NCBI GenBank assembly: GCA_023957375.1 | Contig: JAMLHB010000003.1 | Span: forward strand, 5,830 to 69,829 | Source of the DNA: Flavobacteriales bacterium | GTDB lineage: Bacteria; Bacteroidota; Bacteroidia; Flavobacteriales_F; PHOS-HE28 | DNA length: 64,000 nucleotides | Reading direction: 5' to 3' | Part shown: piece by piece, positions 1 to 9,261 of the stretch | Numbering within the stretch: the first letter of the stretch is position 1 | Layout: every line of letters starts with the position of its first letter | Notes under the pieces: generated by a model | What the model was told of the DNA's origin: nothing | The model's database searches: none | The model's input: only the letters and a program-made list of their open reading frames with translations | Position numbers and translations under genes: made by a program

Positions 1-216
1 CTCCCGCTTCACGTTCTCGTACAGTTCCACCCAACGCTTCAACTCGCGGATCTTATGCATCACCCCTTGGGCCTTCTTCTGGTCGTTCCAGAAGTCGGGG
101 TCCAGTGTGTACTTCTCCTCTTCCTTGATGCGGCCGCGTTTCTCCTCAATGTCCAGGTAGCCTTTCAGGGCTTCTAAGCGCTCCTGGAGGTCGTTGACCT
201 TTTCGATGGTGATCAT
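1..216 (-). CDS. prfB: Peptide chain release factor 2 (RF2), N-terminal part; gene continues beyond the window start
   Basis: Reverse-strand translation from the ATG at 216-214 gives MITIEKVNDLQERLEALKGYLD...DPDFWNDQKKAQG, a typical RF2 N-terminus. No in-frame stop occurs in the 72 visible codons. Confidence 0.8.
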   Translation of the reverse strand, partial: MITIEKVNDLQERLEALKGYLDIEEKRGRIKEEEKYTLDPDFWNDQKKAQGVMHKIRELKRWVELYENVKRE

Positions 217-488
217 GGGTGCGGGGCCGGCCGTTTTCGGGCCGCGAAGGTACGGACCGGAGCCAGTGTGCACATCGTGACGGACATCAGGCTCCACCGC
301 CTGAAAAGTGCCACACAAATCTCAGATCAGGCTTCCGGGCCTTGATCTTCACCGATTCTTCCCGAAGGAGCAGAAAGTTGATAAATGCGGGCAGGAATCC
401 CAGGCAACCTAATGGCCCGCAACACGTCATTCTTTCGTATCGGTGATATTTCGCCTTTCCGGACCTGAATTGTTCAAGTCTTCACGCC

Positions 489-3362
489 ATGCTTCGGAAA
501 ATACGCCTGTTCCTGTTGGCATTGCCATTGGCAACTGTTCCGCGGATTTCCTTGGCCCAGAACTTCAATTTCACCAGCGGCCCCATTCCGCTGTGCGACA
601 CCACCTACTTCACGGCCACGGTAAGCGGCATTGGCGCGCTGGTGTATCCGGGCAGCTTCTCCGACGGCTACTACCTGAGTGATGTGTGGCTGAACATCAC
701 CACCAACCACCCGCAAACCCTGCAGATCTTTTTAACCTCACCCAACGGCTTCGTGCTGCTGCTTTCGCAGTTCAATGGGGCGGGCGGGCAGAACTACACG
801 GACACCCACTTCAACGGCTGGCAGAACATCACCACTGGAACAGCACCCTTTACGGGCAGTTTCCTGCCCCAAGGCGGCTCTGACCTAGGCAACTACTTCG
901 CTGGTTGGAGCGGGGACGGTATCTGGACCCTGACGGTGATTGACACGGCTTGCGCCAATGGGGGTACCGGCCCAGACGGAGATTGGGTACCTGGCTCTTT
1001 CGGTGGTGGTGGCGGTGGCGGTGGTGGGCCCACTGGAGGAGCTGGCATGGGGTTTGGCTACAACATTGGCAACCCATGGGTTCATTTGCCGGATGTTACA
1101 GTCTACCTCTGTCCGGGCGGAAGTGTGGATATTCTGGGGTATTATTGGGAGAGTGTATATATTGGTGGTGTATTAGGGACCCCTGATCCACCAAACCCGA
1201 ATGCCGTGACCACCCCTGGGACGTATGGCGTCGTCGGCTCTCACTGGGATCAGAACTTCATCATCAATTCATACCCTGCAGATCCGCTTGGCCCGGACCA
1301 ATCCGTGGTGCAATGCGACCTTTCCGTTCCGGTGAATCTTGCCGCCCTCTTCCAGGTGACGGACTTAACCTTGACTTGGAGCTTTAACGGATCCCCAATC
1401 CCAGCTTCCACAGCCGTCTCCGCTACCAATGCCGGCGTGTACCAAGTGATCGGGCAGAACGCGAACGGTTGCAACGACACGGCCTTGGTCACCCTTGCTA
1501 ATGGAAGTGATTTTTTGGGCGCCGATCAATCGCTAAACATTTGCAACGGATCAAGCACGGACCTCACCACCTTGTTCCCCACTTCCGGGGCCACGGAAAC
1601 GTGGTTCTTCGGGGGCACCTCCATTCCTGCGCCTACTGCAGCAAGCAACCCAGGCACCTACACCTTGGTCGCAACGGCGGCATCGGGCTGCGCCGATACG
1701 GCTGAGGTGGTGCTGAACGCGCTGCCCGCCGTGGCCTTGGGCGCCGATCAAGCAGCCACGCTGTGCAGCAATGCAACCGTTGACCTTGCAGCGCTGTTCA
1801 CAACAACCGGCCTTTCCTCCGCATGGACCTTGAACAATGCAACTGTTCCAGACCCCACAGCCGTGGATACGGCTGGCCTTTACACCTTGGTAGCCACGAA
1901 CGGTTCCGGATGTTCAGACACTGCACAGGTGACCCTTGTTTCTGCCGCAGCCCCGGTGCTCGGGCCGGATGCAGCGCAAGCAACCTGCGAAGGCAACACT
2001 GTGGACCTGACAGCGAGCTTCAACCCGGCAGGTCTTACCACGGCATGGACACTGTCCGGTGCGGCAGTACCTGACCCCACTGCCGTTGGCGCCACCGGGC
2101 TTTACACATTGGTGGCCACCAATGCCGCTGGCTGCAGCGACACGGCCCAAGTAGCTGTGACGATCAACCCGGACCCGGTGTTGGGCGCCGACCAATCCAT
2201 CACCGCGTGCACCGGCCATCCCGTGAACTTGGGCAGCCTCTACGATACCGCCCCGCATGTTGCCGTATGGACGGTCAACGGCACGCCCGTTCCGGATCCG
2301 GCAGCGGTAACCAATGCGGGAAGCTATTTGCTCACCGTCACTTCATCGGAAGGATGCTCCGCAACGGCCACCGTGGACCTGGCCTTTGTGCCTGCGCCGG
2401 ACCTCGGCGCGGACATGGCCTTGACCATCTGCGCGGACAGCATGATCGACCTGGCCACCTTGTACCCCACCACAGGGCTTTCCGCCACGTGGACCCAGGG
2501 GAGCGCGCTGGTGACATACGCATCTGGCGTGGCGCTGCCGGGCATGTACCAGCTGGTAGTTTCCAATGGGGCATGCACCGATACGGCCAAAGTGGTGCTC
2601 ACGGTCAATCCGAACCCTTCCCTTGGCGAGGACCAACCCTTCACGCTGTGCCCCTGGCAAACGGTGAATTTGGGCACCTTGTTCCCAACGGACGGGCTCA
2701 GCACGGCCTTCACATTGAACGGCGTGCCCGTGGCCAACCCTGATTCCGTGCATGCGGCGGGGGTGTATGCCGTAACGGCCACGAACGCTGCGGGATGCAG
2801 TGACGTGGCAAACGCCATCATCACCAACATGGATTGCCTCTGCGAAGCGGACTTCCAAACGGATGCGCTTTGCTTGCAGGAACCTGCGCAGTTCACGCTG
2901 ATCGCGGATTCCACCGTGCAAGCCGTACACTGGGATTTTGGCGGTGCTGCAACTGCTTCCACGGAGCTGAACCCCGAAGTGCATTTTGAGGCGGGCCAGG
3001 ACGTGCCCGTCACCCTGCAAGCCACGCTCAGTTGCGGCGTGGTCACCGTGGAGCACATCGTACACGTCGAGGACTGCTCACAGAGCTGCCACCTGTGGTT
3101 TCCCAACTCCTTCACACCGGACAAGGACGACAAGAACGACATGTGGAACTGGGCCGGTGATTGCACCCCTGATCCGTACAAGCTGATGATCTTCAACCGC
3201 TGGGGCGAACTCATCTTCTCCACCACCGATCCGCATGATGCGTGGGACGGCACCTACGGCGGTGTGCCCTCGCCCATCGGCGTGTACGTGTACAAGGCCG
3301 AATACCAGTTTCCCTACCAGGATGCGCAGACGGCCATTGGCCATATCACGCTGGTGAGGTAA
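489..3362 (+). CDS. Large secreted T9SS cargo protein: signal peptide, proprotein-convertase P-domain-like region, poly-Gly linker, ~10 tandem Cys-containing Ig-like repeats, T9SS type-B C-terminal domain
   Basis: N-terminal signal peptide. Residues ~50-165 fit the P-domain pattern (IFLTSPNGF...WSGDGIWTLTVID). A G9 linker follows. The C-terminus HLWFPNSFTPDKDDKNDMW...YKLMIFNRWGELIF...GVYVYKAEYQF matches the gliding-motility-associated C-terminal (type B) sorting domain. Confidence 0.8.
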   Translation: MLRKIRLFLLALPLATVPRISLAQNFNFTSGPIPLCDTTYFTATVSGIGALVYPGSFSDGYYLSDVWLNITTNHPQTLQIFLTSPNGFVLLLSQFNGAGGQNYTDTHFNGWQNITTGTAPFTGSFLPQGGSDLGNYFAGWSGDGIWTLTVIDTACANGGTGPDGDWVPGSFGGGGGGGGGPTGGAGMGFGYNIGNPWVHLPDVTVYLCPGGSVDILGYYWESVYIGGVLGTPDPPNPNAVTTPGTYGVVGSHWDQNFIINSYPADPLGPDQSVVQCDLSVPVNLAALFQVTDLTLTWSFNGSPIPASTAVSATNAGVYQVIGQNANGCNDTALVTLANGSDFLGADQSLNICNGSSTDLTTLFPTSGATETWFFGGTSIPAPTAASNPGTYTLVATAASGCADTAEVVLNALPAVALGADQAATLCSNATVDLAALFTTTGLSSAWTLNNATVPDPTAVDTAGLYTLVATNGSGCSDTAQVTLVSAAAPVLGPDAAQATCEGNTVDLTASFNPAGLTTAWTLSGAAVPDPTAVGATGLYTLVATNAAGCSDTAQVAVTINPDPVLGADQSITACTGHPVNLGSLYDTAPHVAVWTVNGTPVPDPAAVTNAGSYLLTVTSSEGCSATATVDLAFVPAPDLGADMALTICADSMIDLATLYPTTGLSATWTQGSALVTYASGVALPGMYQLVVSNGACTDTAKVVLTVNPNPSLGEDQPFTLCPWQTVNLGTLFPTDGLSTAFTLNGVPVANPDSVHAAGVYAVTATNAAGCSDVANAIITNMDCLCEADFQTDALCLQEPAQFTLIADSTVQAVHWDFGGAATASTELNPEVHFEAGQDVPVTLQATLSCGVVTVEHIVHVEDCSQSCHLWFPNSFTPDKDDKNDMWNWAGDCTPDPYKLMIFNRWGELIFSTTDPHDAWDGTYGGVPSPIGVYVYKAEYQFPYQDAQTAIGHITLVR
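1269..2826 (+). repeat. Intragenic tandem repeats, ~10 copies of ~235-245 bp (~80 aa units)
   Basis: The protein shows a recurring unit LGADQ...C.G..VDL..L....GL...W.LNG..VPDP.AV...G.Y.LVATN..GCSDTA.V.L. The DNA copies are diverged but clearly related. Confidence 0.75.
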
Positions 3363-3373
3363 CGCGATCACGC

Positions 3374-3516
3374 TCGCCCGCGTTTGCAACGCGGGCGCAT
3401 CACCCCGGTCGTTTGCAACGATCAACCCTGATCCAGCCTCACGGTCCGCCAGGCCATTGTTGCGATGAGCGCGCTGCAAGCGCCTTGATCTTCGCCCGCG
3501 TTGCAAACGCGGGCGA
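3374..3516. terminator. Pair of REP-like GC-rich palindromic hairpins downstream of the T9SS gene, with a smaller related hairpin between them
   Basis: 3375-3397 is cgcccgcg-tttgcaa-cgcgggcg and 3492-3516 is tcgcccgcg-ttgcaaa-cgcgggcga (same element, loop inverted). 3409-3421 is tcgtt-tgc-aacga, sharing the GTTTGCAAC core. The first hairpin starts 13 nt after the stop codon. Confidence 0.5.
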
Positions 3517-3666
3517 GTGGGATTTCCTTGGTGCGCGCCCAGCGTTTGGCCACGGGAAGGCACCACTGCTGGGCAACCAGAAGGCATATTCCAAGTAAAG
3601 AGTTCATCGGTGAAGATAGGCTGCACTGCGGCCTATTTGCTTTGTGCCCGAAGCCAATTTCGAGAT

Positions 3667-3942
3667 ATGCGGATCCTGAAGGCCACCTACAATGAACTCC
3701 TTGGACGAGACGAGTGGATCATCAAGCGCAAAGCGATCATACAACGCGATGGAGGAGCTTGCCGCAACTGTGGATCAAGGGACCACCTTCAAGTTCATCA
3801 TCGGCAATATCACAAATGCCCAAAAACCGGATACAAAGTCGCGCCATGGTGCTATGCGGATCAATACCTGATCACGCTGTGCAACAATTGCCACAAACAA
3901 GGTCACCACGTTCATCACGTCCCCTGCTTCACAGTTAAATGA
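3667..3942 (+). CDS. Small HNH endonuclease (92 aa)
   Basis: MRILKATYNELL...CRNCGSRDHLQVHH...LCNNCHKQGHH is a Cys-box/HNH motif. Its stop TGA (3940-3942) overlaps the next ATG (3939-3941). Confidence 0.7.
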   Translation: MRILKATYNELLGRDEWIIKRKAIIQRDGGACRNCGSRDHLQVHHRQYHKCPKTGYKVAPWCYADQYLITLCNNCHKQGHHVHHVPCFTVK

Positions 3943-4532
3943 TCTTTAAACCCCCTGTTGCCATGAGCTTCATGAGCCGTATCTTCCAAAGAGCAGAAAA
4001 GGACACCGCCACTAAGGTGGCTGTAGCACCAGTTGATTTGGCGAATCCCACCACAACCCTCGTGGAACAGGAACTTTTTATTGACCGGGAACCACCCAGC
4101 CCCACCAAGGAATCCATGCGGACCCTCACCCGATTGGAGGAATTGGCCAGCACTGACCACCGAGAAGCGGGTCGCTTGGATGGGTTCACCTATCATGACA
4201 TGACGATTTGTGGCCAAGGGATAGAGCGGATCAAAGCCGAAATTCGCTGTGCTCTGGAGCAGGAGGTGAATCGGATCGGTCGATTTGTTGACCTGTTGGA
4301 CGTGGAGATCCGAAAGATCCAGGACACCGGCAGCGCCAATTTACTTCTTGACCTTCAGGCCAATCGCGACCAAATGGAACGGGATCGCTATCGGCTGAAC
4401 GAACAGCAGATGCTGGTCGTGGGCAACTCAGGTCTTGCCGACCTCCCGACAACCACGTATGAAGCCGGATTCCGACAGGGATATCGGGAATACTTGGAAT
4501 CCATGAACTTCATCCTAAAATACCAGGGATGA
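3939..4532 (+). CDS. Hypothetical protein (197 aa), translationally coupled to flanking genes
   Basis: ATGA overlaps at both ends (3939-3942 and 4529-4532). No motif recognised. Lower GC than the flanks. Confidence 0.55.
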   Translation: MIFKPPVAMSFMSRIFQRAEKDTATKVAVAPVDLANPTTTLVEQELFIDREPPSPTKESMRTLTRLEELASTDHREAGRLDGFTYHDMTICGQGIERIKAEIRCALEQEVNRIGRFVDLLDVEIRKIQDTGSANLLLDLQANRDQMERDRYRLNEQQMLVVGNSGLADLPTTTYEAGFRQGYREYLESMNFILKYQG

Positions 4533-5527
4533 CCATGCTGCACTTCTTCTCCATCCTCACAGGCGACCGTTACGCGACAGTTGCCAAGCACGGCCCGGTC
4601 TCCCGAAGGAAGGTGATTGCCATGGGAAGTGGCCTTCTGTTGGTAACGGGATTGTGGTTCTTCATTGGTTTCAACCTTGGCATGAATGCATTCGGCATGA
4701 AACCATTCCCCGCCCTCGCGCTCGGAGCTTCAATGAGCGCGGTGGTCTTCTTGGTGGATCGCATGGTACTGCTCAGCAGTGGGAAGCACTGGGGCATTGT
4801 TGTCTCCCGGATAGCACTTGCACTATTGATGTCCTTCCTCGGTGGCATTGGCCTTGACCTGTACATTCTACGAGCTGAGATCGATCAGACGGTTGTGGGC
4901 ATGCACAGGGAGGCACAAGCCGAGATGGCGAGTTCACTTGCCATGGGTTATGCTGACAAGCAAAATGATCTCGCCTTGGTAGTTGAACATGCCCGCCAAG
5001 AGCTGGCTGCAGCTGAGGCAGCCTGGCTCAAAGAGTTGGATGGCACCGGTGGTACCGGCCGCTATGGTGCAGGAGCGGTAGCCCGTTCAAAGGAGCGACT
5101 GGTGCATGATCGAAAGGGGGCACTTGCTGATGCACAGCAACGCGCGGACCTGCTGTCCCAAAAGATCGCTGCTGAACAACTGGCAAGGACATCCACATTG
5201 GCCCAAGCACAACGCGCCACAGGTCTATTTGACCGCATCCACGCCATGAAGAACTATATTGCCACGGACCCCTTGGTGCGGATCGTTTATCTACTGCTCA
5301 CCTTGCTCTTGATCCTTGTGGAACTATCCCCGCTGGTGGTGAAGTACGGCTTTCCCACAACGGCGTACGAGCAAGGCATCGAAGCGGCGAACCACATGCA
5401 TTGCGAGCAGGTGAGGCTGTTGGCGCACAAACAGGAGCAATTCAATGCCCGGAGCGCTGCGATGTCCGTGGAAGAACTCCGCTCCCGGGCACGGTTGCAG
5501 GCCATAACAGAAGCATACCAAGGTTGA
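4529..5527 (+). CDS. Membrane protein with two N-terminal TM helices, a long coiled-coil and a C-terminal TM helix (DUF4407-like architecture)
   Basis: Hydrophobic segments VIAMGSGLLLVTGLWFFIGF and ALALGASMSAVVFLVDRMVLL, a long Ala/Gln/Glu-rich helical middle, and a C-terminal TM segment IVYLLLTLLLILVELSPLVV. Confidence 0.6.
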   Translation: MTMLHFFSILTGDRYATVAKHGPVSRRKVIAMGSGLLLVTGLWFFIGFNLGMNAFGMKPFPALALGASMSAVVFLVDRMVLLSSGKHWGIVVSRIALALLMSFLGGIGLDLYILRAEIDQTVVGMHREAQAEMASSLAMGYADKQNDLALVVEHARQELAAAEAAWLKELDGTGGTGRYGAGAVARSKERLVHDRKGALADAQQRADLLSQKIAAEQLARTSTLAQAQRATGLFDRIHAMKNYIATDPLVRIVYLLLTLLLILVELSPLVVKYGFPTTAYEQGIEAANHMHCEQVRLLAHKQEQFNARSAAMSVEELRSRARLQAITEAYQG

Positions 5528-5613
5528 ACTTATGTCAACAAGGAACGCCCGGACACCCCAGCTTATCCAGTGCCAAGTGCATCCCTTCTACCTTGGCTGA
5601 ACCAGTTGTTGCC

Positions 5614-6642
5614 ATGCCTGTCAATAAGCACGCCCTGATCCGCTACCAAACCTTGGACCGCTGCTTTGCAAGTCGCGGCAGGCAATACTTCTTGGATGAT
5701 CTGTTGGAGGCATGCAACGAAGCCCTATTCGAGTATGACAGCAACGCAAAGGGCATTTCCCGCAGGCAGCTCTTCGAGGACATCAAGTATATGGAAAGCG
5801 CCCAAGGGTGGTCCATCCCGCTTGAACGGATCAAGGAGGAAAACAATCGGACCTGGTACCGTTACGCAGAACCTGGTTTTTCCATCAACAAGCAGCCGAT
5901 CAACGTGGATGAAGCCGCCCTGCTCAAGGAAGCGTTGCTCACCATGGGCCGCTTCAAGGGCATGCCCCAGTTCCAATGGGTGAATGAGCTCATGGTCCGA
6001 TTGGAGGCCGGATTCGGATTGCGGCAAGGTGCGGCGCATGTCATCGAGTTCGAGGAGAACCCCTATTTGAAGGGAAGTGAGCAGATCACCCCACTCTTTC
6101 ACTTCATTCTGGGAAAGCAGGTCTTGGCTGTGGAATACCAGAGCTTTAAGCATCCTGCCCCAACTTCTCTCCGTTTCCATCCATATTACCTGAAGCAGTA
6201 CAACAACCGGTGGTTTATTCTTGGCTGGAATGAACTCCTGGGGCGGCTCACCAATTTGGCGCTGGACCGGATCCAATCGCTTCGCCCGGTGCAAGGGGAA
6301 TTCCTACCCAACAGCGCCATCGATTTCTCCGAATACTTTGAAGACGTGGTGGGAGTTACAGTGCCGGAAGGGTCCGTGGAAAACGTGGAACTTCTGGTCG
6401 GTGGATCGTTATGGCCCTACATCGAGACGAAACCTCTGCATGGGTCGCAAAAAGTGATCTCACGGGATGAGGCGGGTGTTCGGGTGAAGTTGCAGGTGAA
6501 ATTGAACCATGAACTAGTGGCGTTGATCCTTTCCTTCGGAAGTGATGTGGAAGTGCTAAAGCCACCCACGCTCAGGGCATCCATGGCAGACCATGCGAAG
6601 GCAGCTCAATGCCGTTACCAAAAGAGCAAAGACCATGAGTGA
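5614..6642 (+). CDS. WYL-domain transcriptional regulator (HTH-WYL-WCX, BrxR/CapW-like)
   Basis: The N-terminal HTH region runs from MPVNKHALIRYQTLDRCF. The WYL signature is FHPYYLKQYNNRWFILGWNELLGRLTNLALDRI. Its stop TGA 6640-6642 overlaps the ATG of the next gene at 6635. Confidence 0.75.
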   Translation: MPVNKHALIRYQTLDRCFASRGRQYFLDDLLEACNEALFEYDSNAKGISRRQLFEDIKYMESAQGWSIPLERIKEENNRTWYRYAEPGFSINKQPINVDEAALLKEALLTMGRFKGMPQFQWVNELMVRLEAGFGLRQGAAHVIEFEENPYLKGSEQITPLFHFILGKQVLAVEYQSFKHPAPTSLRFHPYYLKQYNNRWFILGWNELLGRLTNLALDRIQSLRPVQGEFLPNSAIDFSEYFEDVVGVTVPEGSVENVELLVGGSLWPYIETKPLHGSQKVISRDEAGVRVKLQVKLNHELVALILSFGSDVEVLKPPTLRASMADHAKAAQCRYQKSKDHE

Positions 6643-9256
6643 AGATGCACATACGGACGGGGTCTATCCGGCAAGGAATATCGGCACGGCAGCAACCTTG
6701 GTCCTGTTAGGGGCCAATCGCGCAATGACTGCGGAGGCCATTGCCGATCGCCTGCGCATTGAAGGGAGCACGGACGATCCATGTTCCGCTTCAGACGTGC
6801 TGGCATGGGCCAATCAGAAAGGCTACTTGAATGAGCAGGGGAAGATCTGGTTTAGCGGATTGAACGAAGCCTTGGTTCTGCGTAATGACTTTCGAGGTGC
6901 CCTATTCTGGAGCAATTGGAGTCGATCGTTCGGATATCAGCGCCTCGCCGCCGCTGCCGTGCTCAGCATCAGCCGGTTCTTGCAGACACACCCGGACCAC
7001 CCATCAACCGATTCCATGCGCCAGCTCCTTATGGCTGGCCTTCACCATGAGTCGCTCGCGCAGCTCTTACGCACGATCGGTGAAATTGCCGGTGCGCCCA
7101 ACCTTCCCGAACGGCTGGGGATTGCAGCCTGGTCCGAATTACGGATCCGGGACCTTGGCCGGCTCATTAGCGCACTGAGCCCAGGCGTAGGCTTCACGGG
7201 GGAACATTCTTTTTCCATTGGGGATGAGTGGTGGCAGTTTGCCCACGCCAAAAAGGTCGAAGGGCGGCGCGCAATTACGTTGAAAAAGGAAATCAGTTCG
7301 CTTCGACTTACCACCGACGAGTTCCCGTATGACCACTGGATACAACTGCGTGCACCTGGTCGGGAGTTCTTTTTTCCGGATGCGCAATTTGCCGCACCTG
7401 CCTTTTTGCACCATCGGTCTCTTGTGCTGCGGGACATCCGGGTCACCGGTTATTGTGCCGATGCGGATGAACGGGATGGACTACGGCTTATGCTGTCGGC
7501 ACAGGGTATCGAGCATGACCTCCATGTCAGAAACGGGCAGGGCGCCATCCCTCTCCCATCCACCCCGGGCACTTCAGTAGTGACCTGCCCGGTGGACGCT
7601 AAGAAAGCCCTGCTCTATGCCAAGGAGTTCTTACGCACTGCTACCCAACCCGGACACCGGCGACTTTTCCTGATCGCTCCAATAGCTTGTTTCCATGAAA
7701 TAAACGCTGAGTGGGATAAGGTGCGCAGGGAAATGGTGGAGCGGGATCTCTTGGATTGCATGTTGACACTCCCGCAGGTAGGAAAGCAGATGTCCGACCT
7801 CGGCATGTTCGTATTGGACAACAACAAGTGGGAGGATGCAAAGGGCCTGGTATTGTTCGGAGGTGGAACCAACAACATGAACATAACCAATCCCGACGAT
7901 CCAATAGTCCGTAAGTTGGATGGTCTGAAAACGTTCGCCTTCAGGATGTCCCTCCAAATGGCAGCACGGGATCGCAAAGGCGCCTGTACGTTGATCACGA
8001 ATGACATCATTCTAACCGATCCCAACTGCCGACTCGCTATAGCATATTGTTATCATCCATTTTCAGTGATAAGCAGTTCTTTCCCATGGGAGGAATTGAA
8101 GCAATTCAAGGAAGTTGGAAGTATCATGGACTTTTCGATCGGAGTCACAGTTGATGCCAATGGAGACATTACACGCGAAGGTGTGATCAAGGCGCTGCGG
8201 AAGGACATGGCCTTGCCGGAATACGTTCGACACGAATTGGCTGAACGATACATGGAACAACAGATGGAGAAGATCAGGACCTATAAGCCCCAATGGGGCT
8301 ACCCCGATGCATACATCCGGATCCCATCGATTGAAGCCCAACTTCGGAAAGTGGAGGGCCTCAAACGTTCATGGGGGCTTCTCCCCATGTCCGAGACGGA
8401 AGGTGTATCGGACGATTGGGTCGCCAACGTGGTGGACAACATCCTGTTGCGCAACGAGGACCCTGAGCAGTGCAAGCTGAACCTGGGTTACATCATTCGT
8501 GAGCTGCAGCGCGTGGAGCGTACCCGTGCCTTGGCCGATGCCGAGGAAGCCTACAAAGCCTACCGCCATGATCTGGGCAACATGACCGGCCGCGTCAGGG
8601 ACAGCATTTCACTCCTGAAAGGGCAAATGAAGAAGCCTGATGCATGGACGGCATTAGCCACGGATACGCATGGCCGCTTGGAGGGCACCCTTTCCACCCT
8701 CGATCATTACTTTGAAAAGATGAAAGGCCTACTCACCGATCAGGAAAAATGCTTCACCAATGAGCACTATTCCCTAACAGCAGTGGAGCTGTCGGATGTC
8801 CTGAACAATGTGATCGGCGGTTTTAAAGATCCCGATGTCCGGTTGGAATACCGGGGTGGCCCTGCCCAGGTATGGGCCGATCGGCAAAAGCTGGAGCAAC
8901 TGATCACCAACCTGGTGTTAAATGCGATCGGCCATGGCAAGGTAGCGGGCAGGGAATTGTGCATCGTTCTGGACCGCATGGATGAATGGGACCAAGACTG
9001 GGGCGAGCCAGGCAGCATACCGCTTTTCATTGGCAATAACGGCAAAGCCTTTGAGCAGAGCTTTGACGAATTGACCAAGCAAGGAAGGCGCTCCAAACAA
9101 AGCAAAGGTGAAGGCCTTGGCCTGTACTTGGCACGCAAATGGGCAAAGGGCATGGGCGGTGAACTGGAAATGGCAAATGGAACGTTTCCTGCTATTGATG
9201 ACATAAGTCCACCGCTTTCCGTCGGCTTCTTCCTCCACCTGCGACAGGTTGAATAA
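6635..9256 (+). CDS. Cytoplasmic histidine-kinase-like protein (873 aa): ~600 aa uncharacterised N-terminal region, putative H-box, C-terminal HATPase_c
   Basis: C-terminal N-box LITNLVLNAIGHG, G1 FIGNNGKAF and G2 GEGLGLYLARKWAKGMGGEL. Candidate H-box YRHDLGNMTG. No TM segments are evident. Lower GC than the flanks. Confidence 0.7.
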   Translation: MSEDAHTDGVYPARNIGTAATLVLLGANRAMTAEAIADRLRIEGSTDDPCSASDVLAWANQKGYLNEQGKIWFSGLNEALVLRNDFRGALFWSNWSRSFGYQRLAAAAVLSISRFLQTHPDHPSTDSMRQLLMAGLHHESLAQLLRTIGEIAGAPNLPERLGIAAWSELRIRDLGRLISALSPGVGFTGEHSFSIGDEWWQFAHAKKVEGRRAITLKKEISSLRLTTDEFPYDHWIQLRAPGREFFFPDAQFAAPAFLHHRSLVLRDIRVTGYCADADERDGLRLMLSAQGIEHDLHVRNGQGAIPLPSTPGTSVVTCPVDAKKALLYAKEFLRTATQPGHRRLFLIAPIACFHEINAEWDKVRREMVERDLLDCMLTLPQVGKQMSDLGMFVLDNNKWEDAKGLVLFGGGTNNMNITNPDDPIVRKLDGLKTFAFRMSLQMAARDRKGACTLITNDIILTDPNCRLAIAYCYHPFSVISSSFPWEELKQFKEVGSIMDFSIGVTVDANGDITREGVIKALRKDMALPEYVRHELAERYMEQQMEKIRTYKPQWGYPDAYIRIPSIEAQLRKVEGLKRSWGLLPMSETEGVSDDWVANVVDNILLRNEDPEQCKLNLGYIIRELQRVERTRALADAEEAYKAYRHDLGNMTGRVRDSISLLKGQMKKPDAWTALATDTHGRLEGTLSTLDHYFEKMKGLLTDQEKCFTNEHYSLTAVELSDVLNNVIGGFKDPDVRLEYRGGPAQVWADRQKLEQLITNLVLNAIGHGKVAGRELCIVLDRMDEWDQDWGEPGSIPLFIGNNGKAFEQSFDELTKQGRRSKQSKGEGLGLYLARKWAKGMGGELEMANGTFPAIDDISPPLSVGFFLHLRQVE

Positions 9257-9261
9257 AATCA

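Noticed and set aside
2324-3253. 309-aa and 240-aa minus-strand ORFs inside the T9SS adhesin gene
   Set aside because: They are antisense to a gene with clear domain evidence (P-domain, type-B CTD). Their composition is Ser/Cys/Ala-rich nonsense.
5401-5613. N-terminal extension of the WYL regulator ORF (start at 5401)
   Set aside because: The extension overlaps the 3' end of the upstream gene and lacks HTH-like sequence. The ATG at 5614 gives a canonical HTH start.
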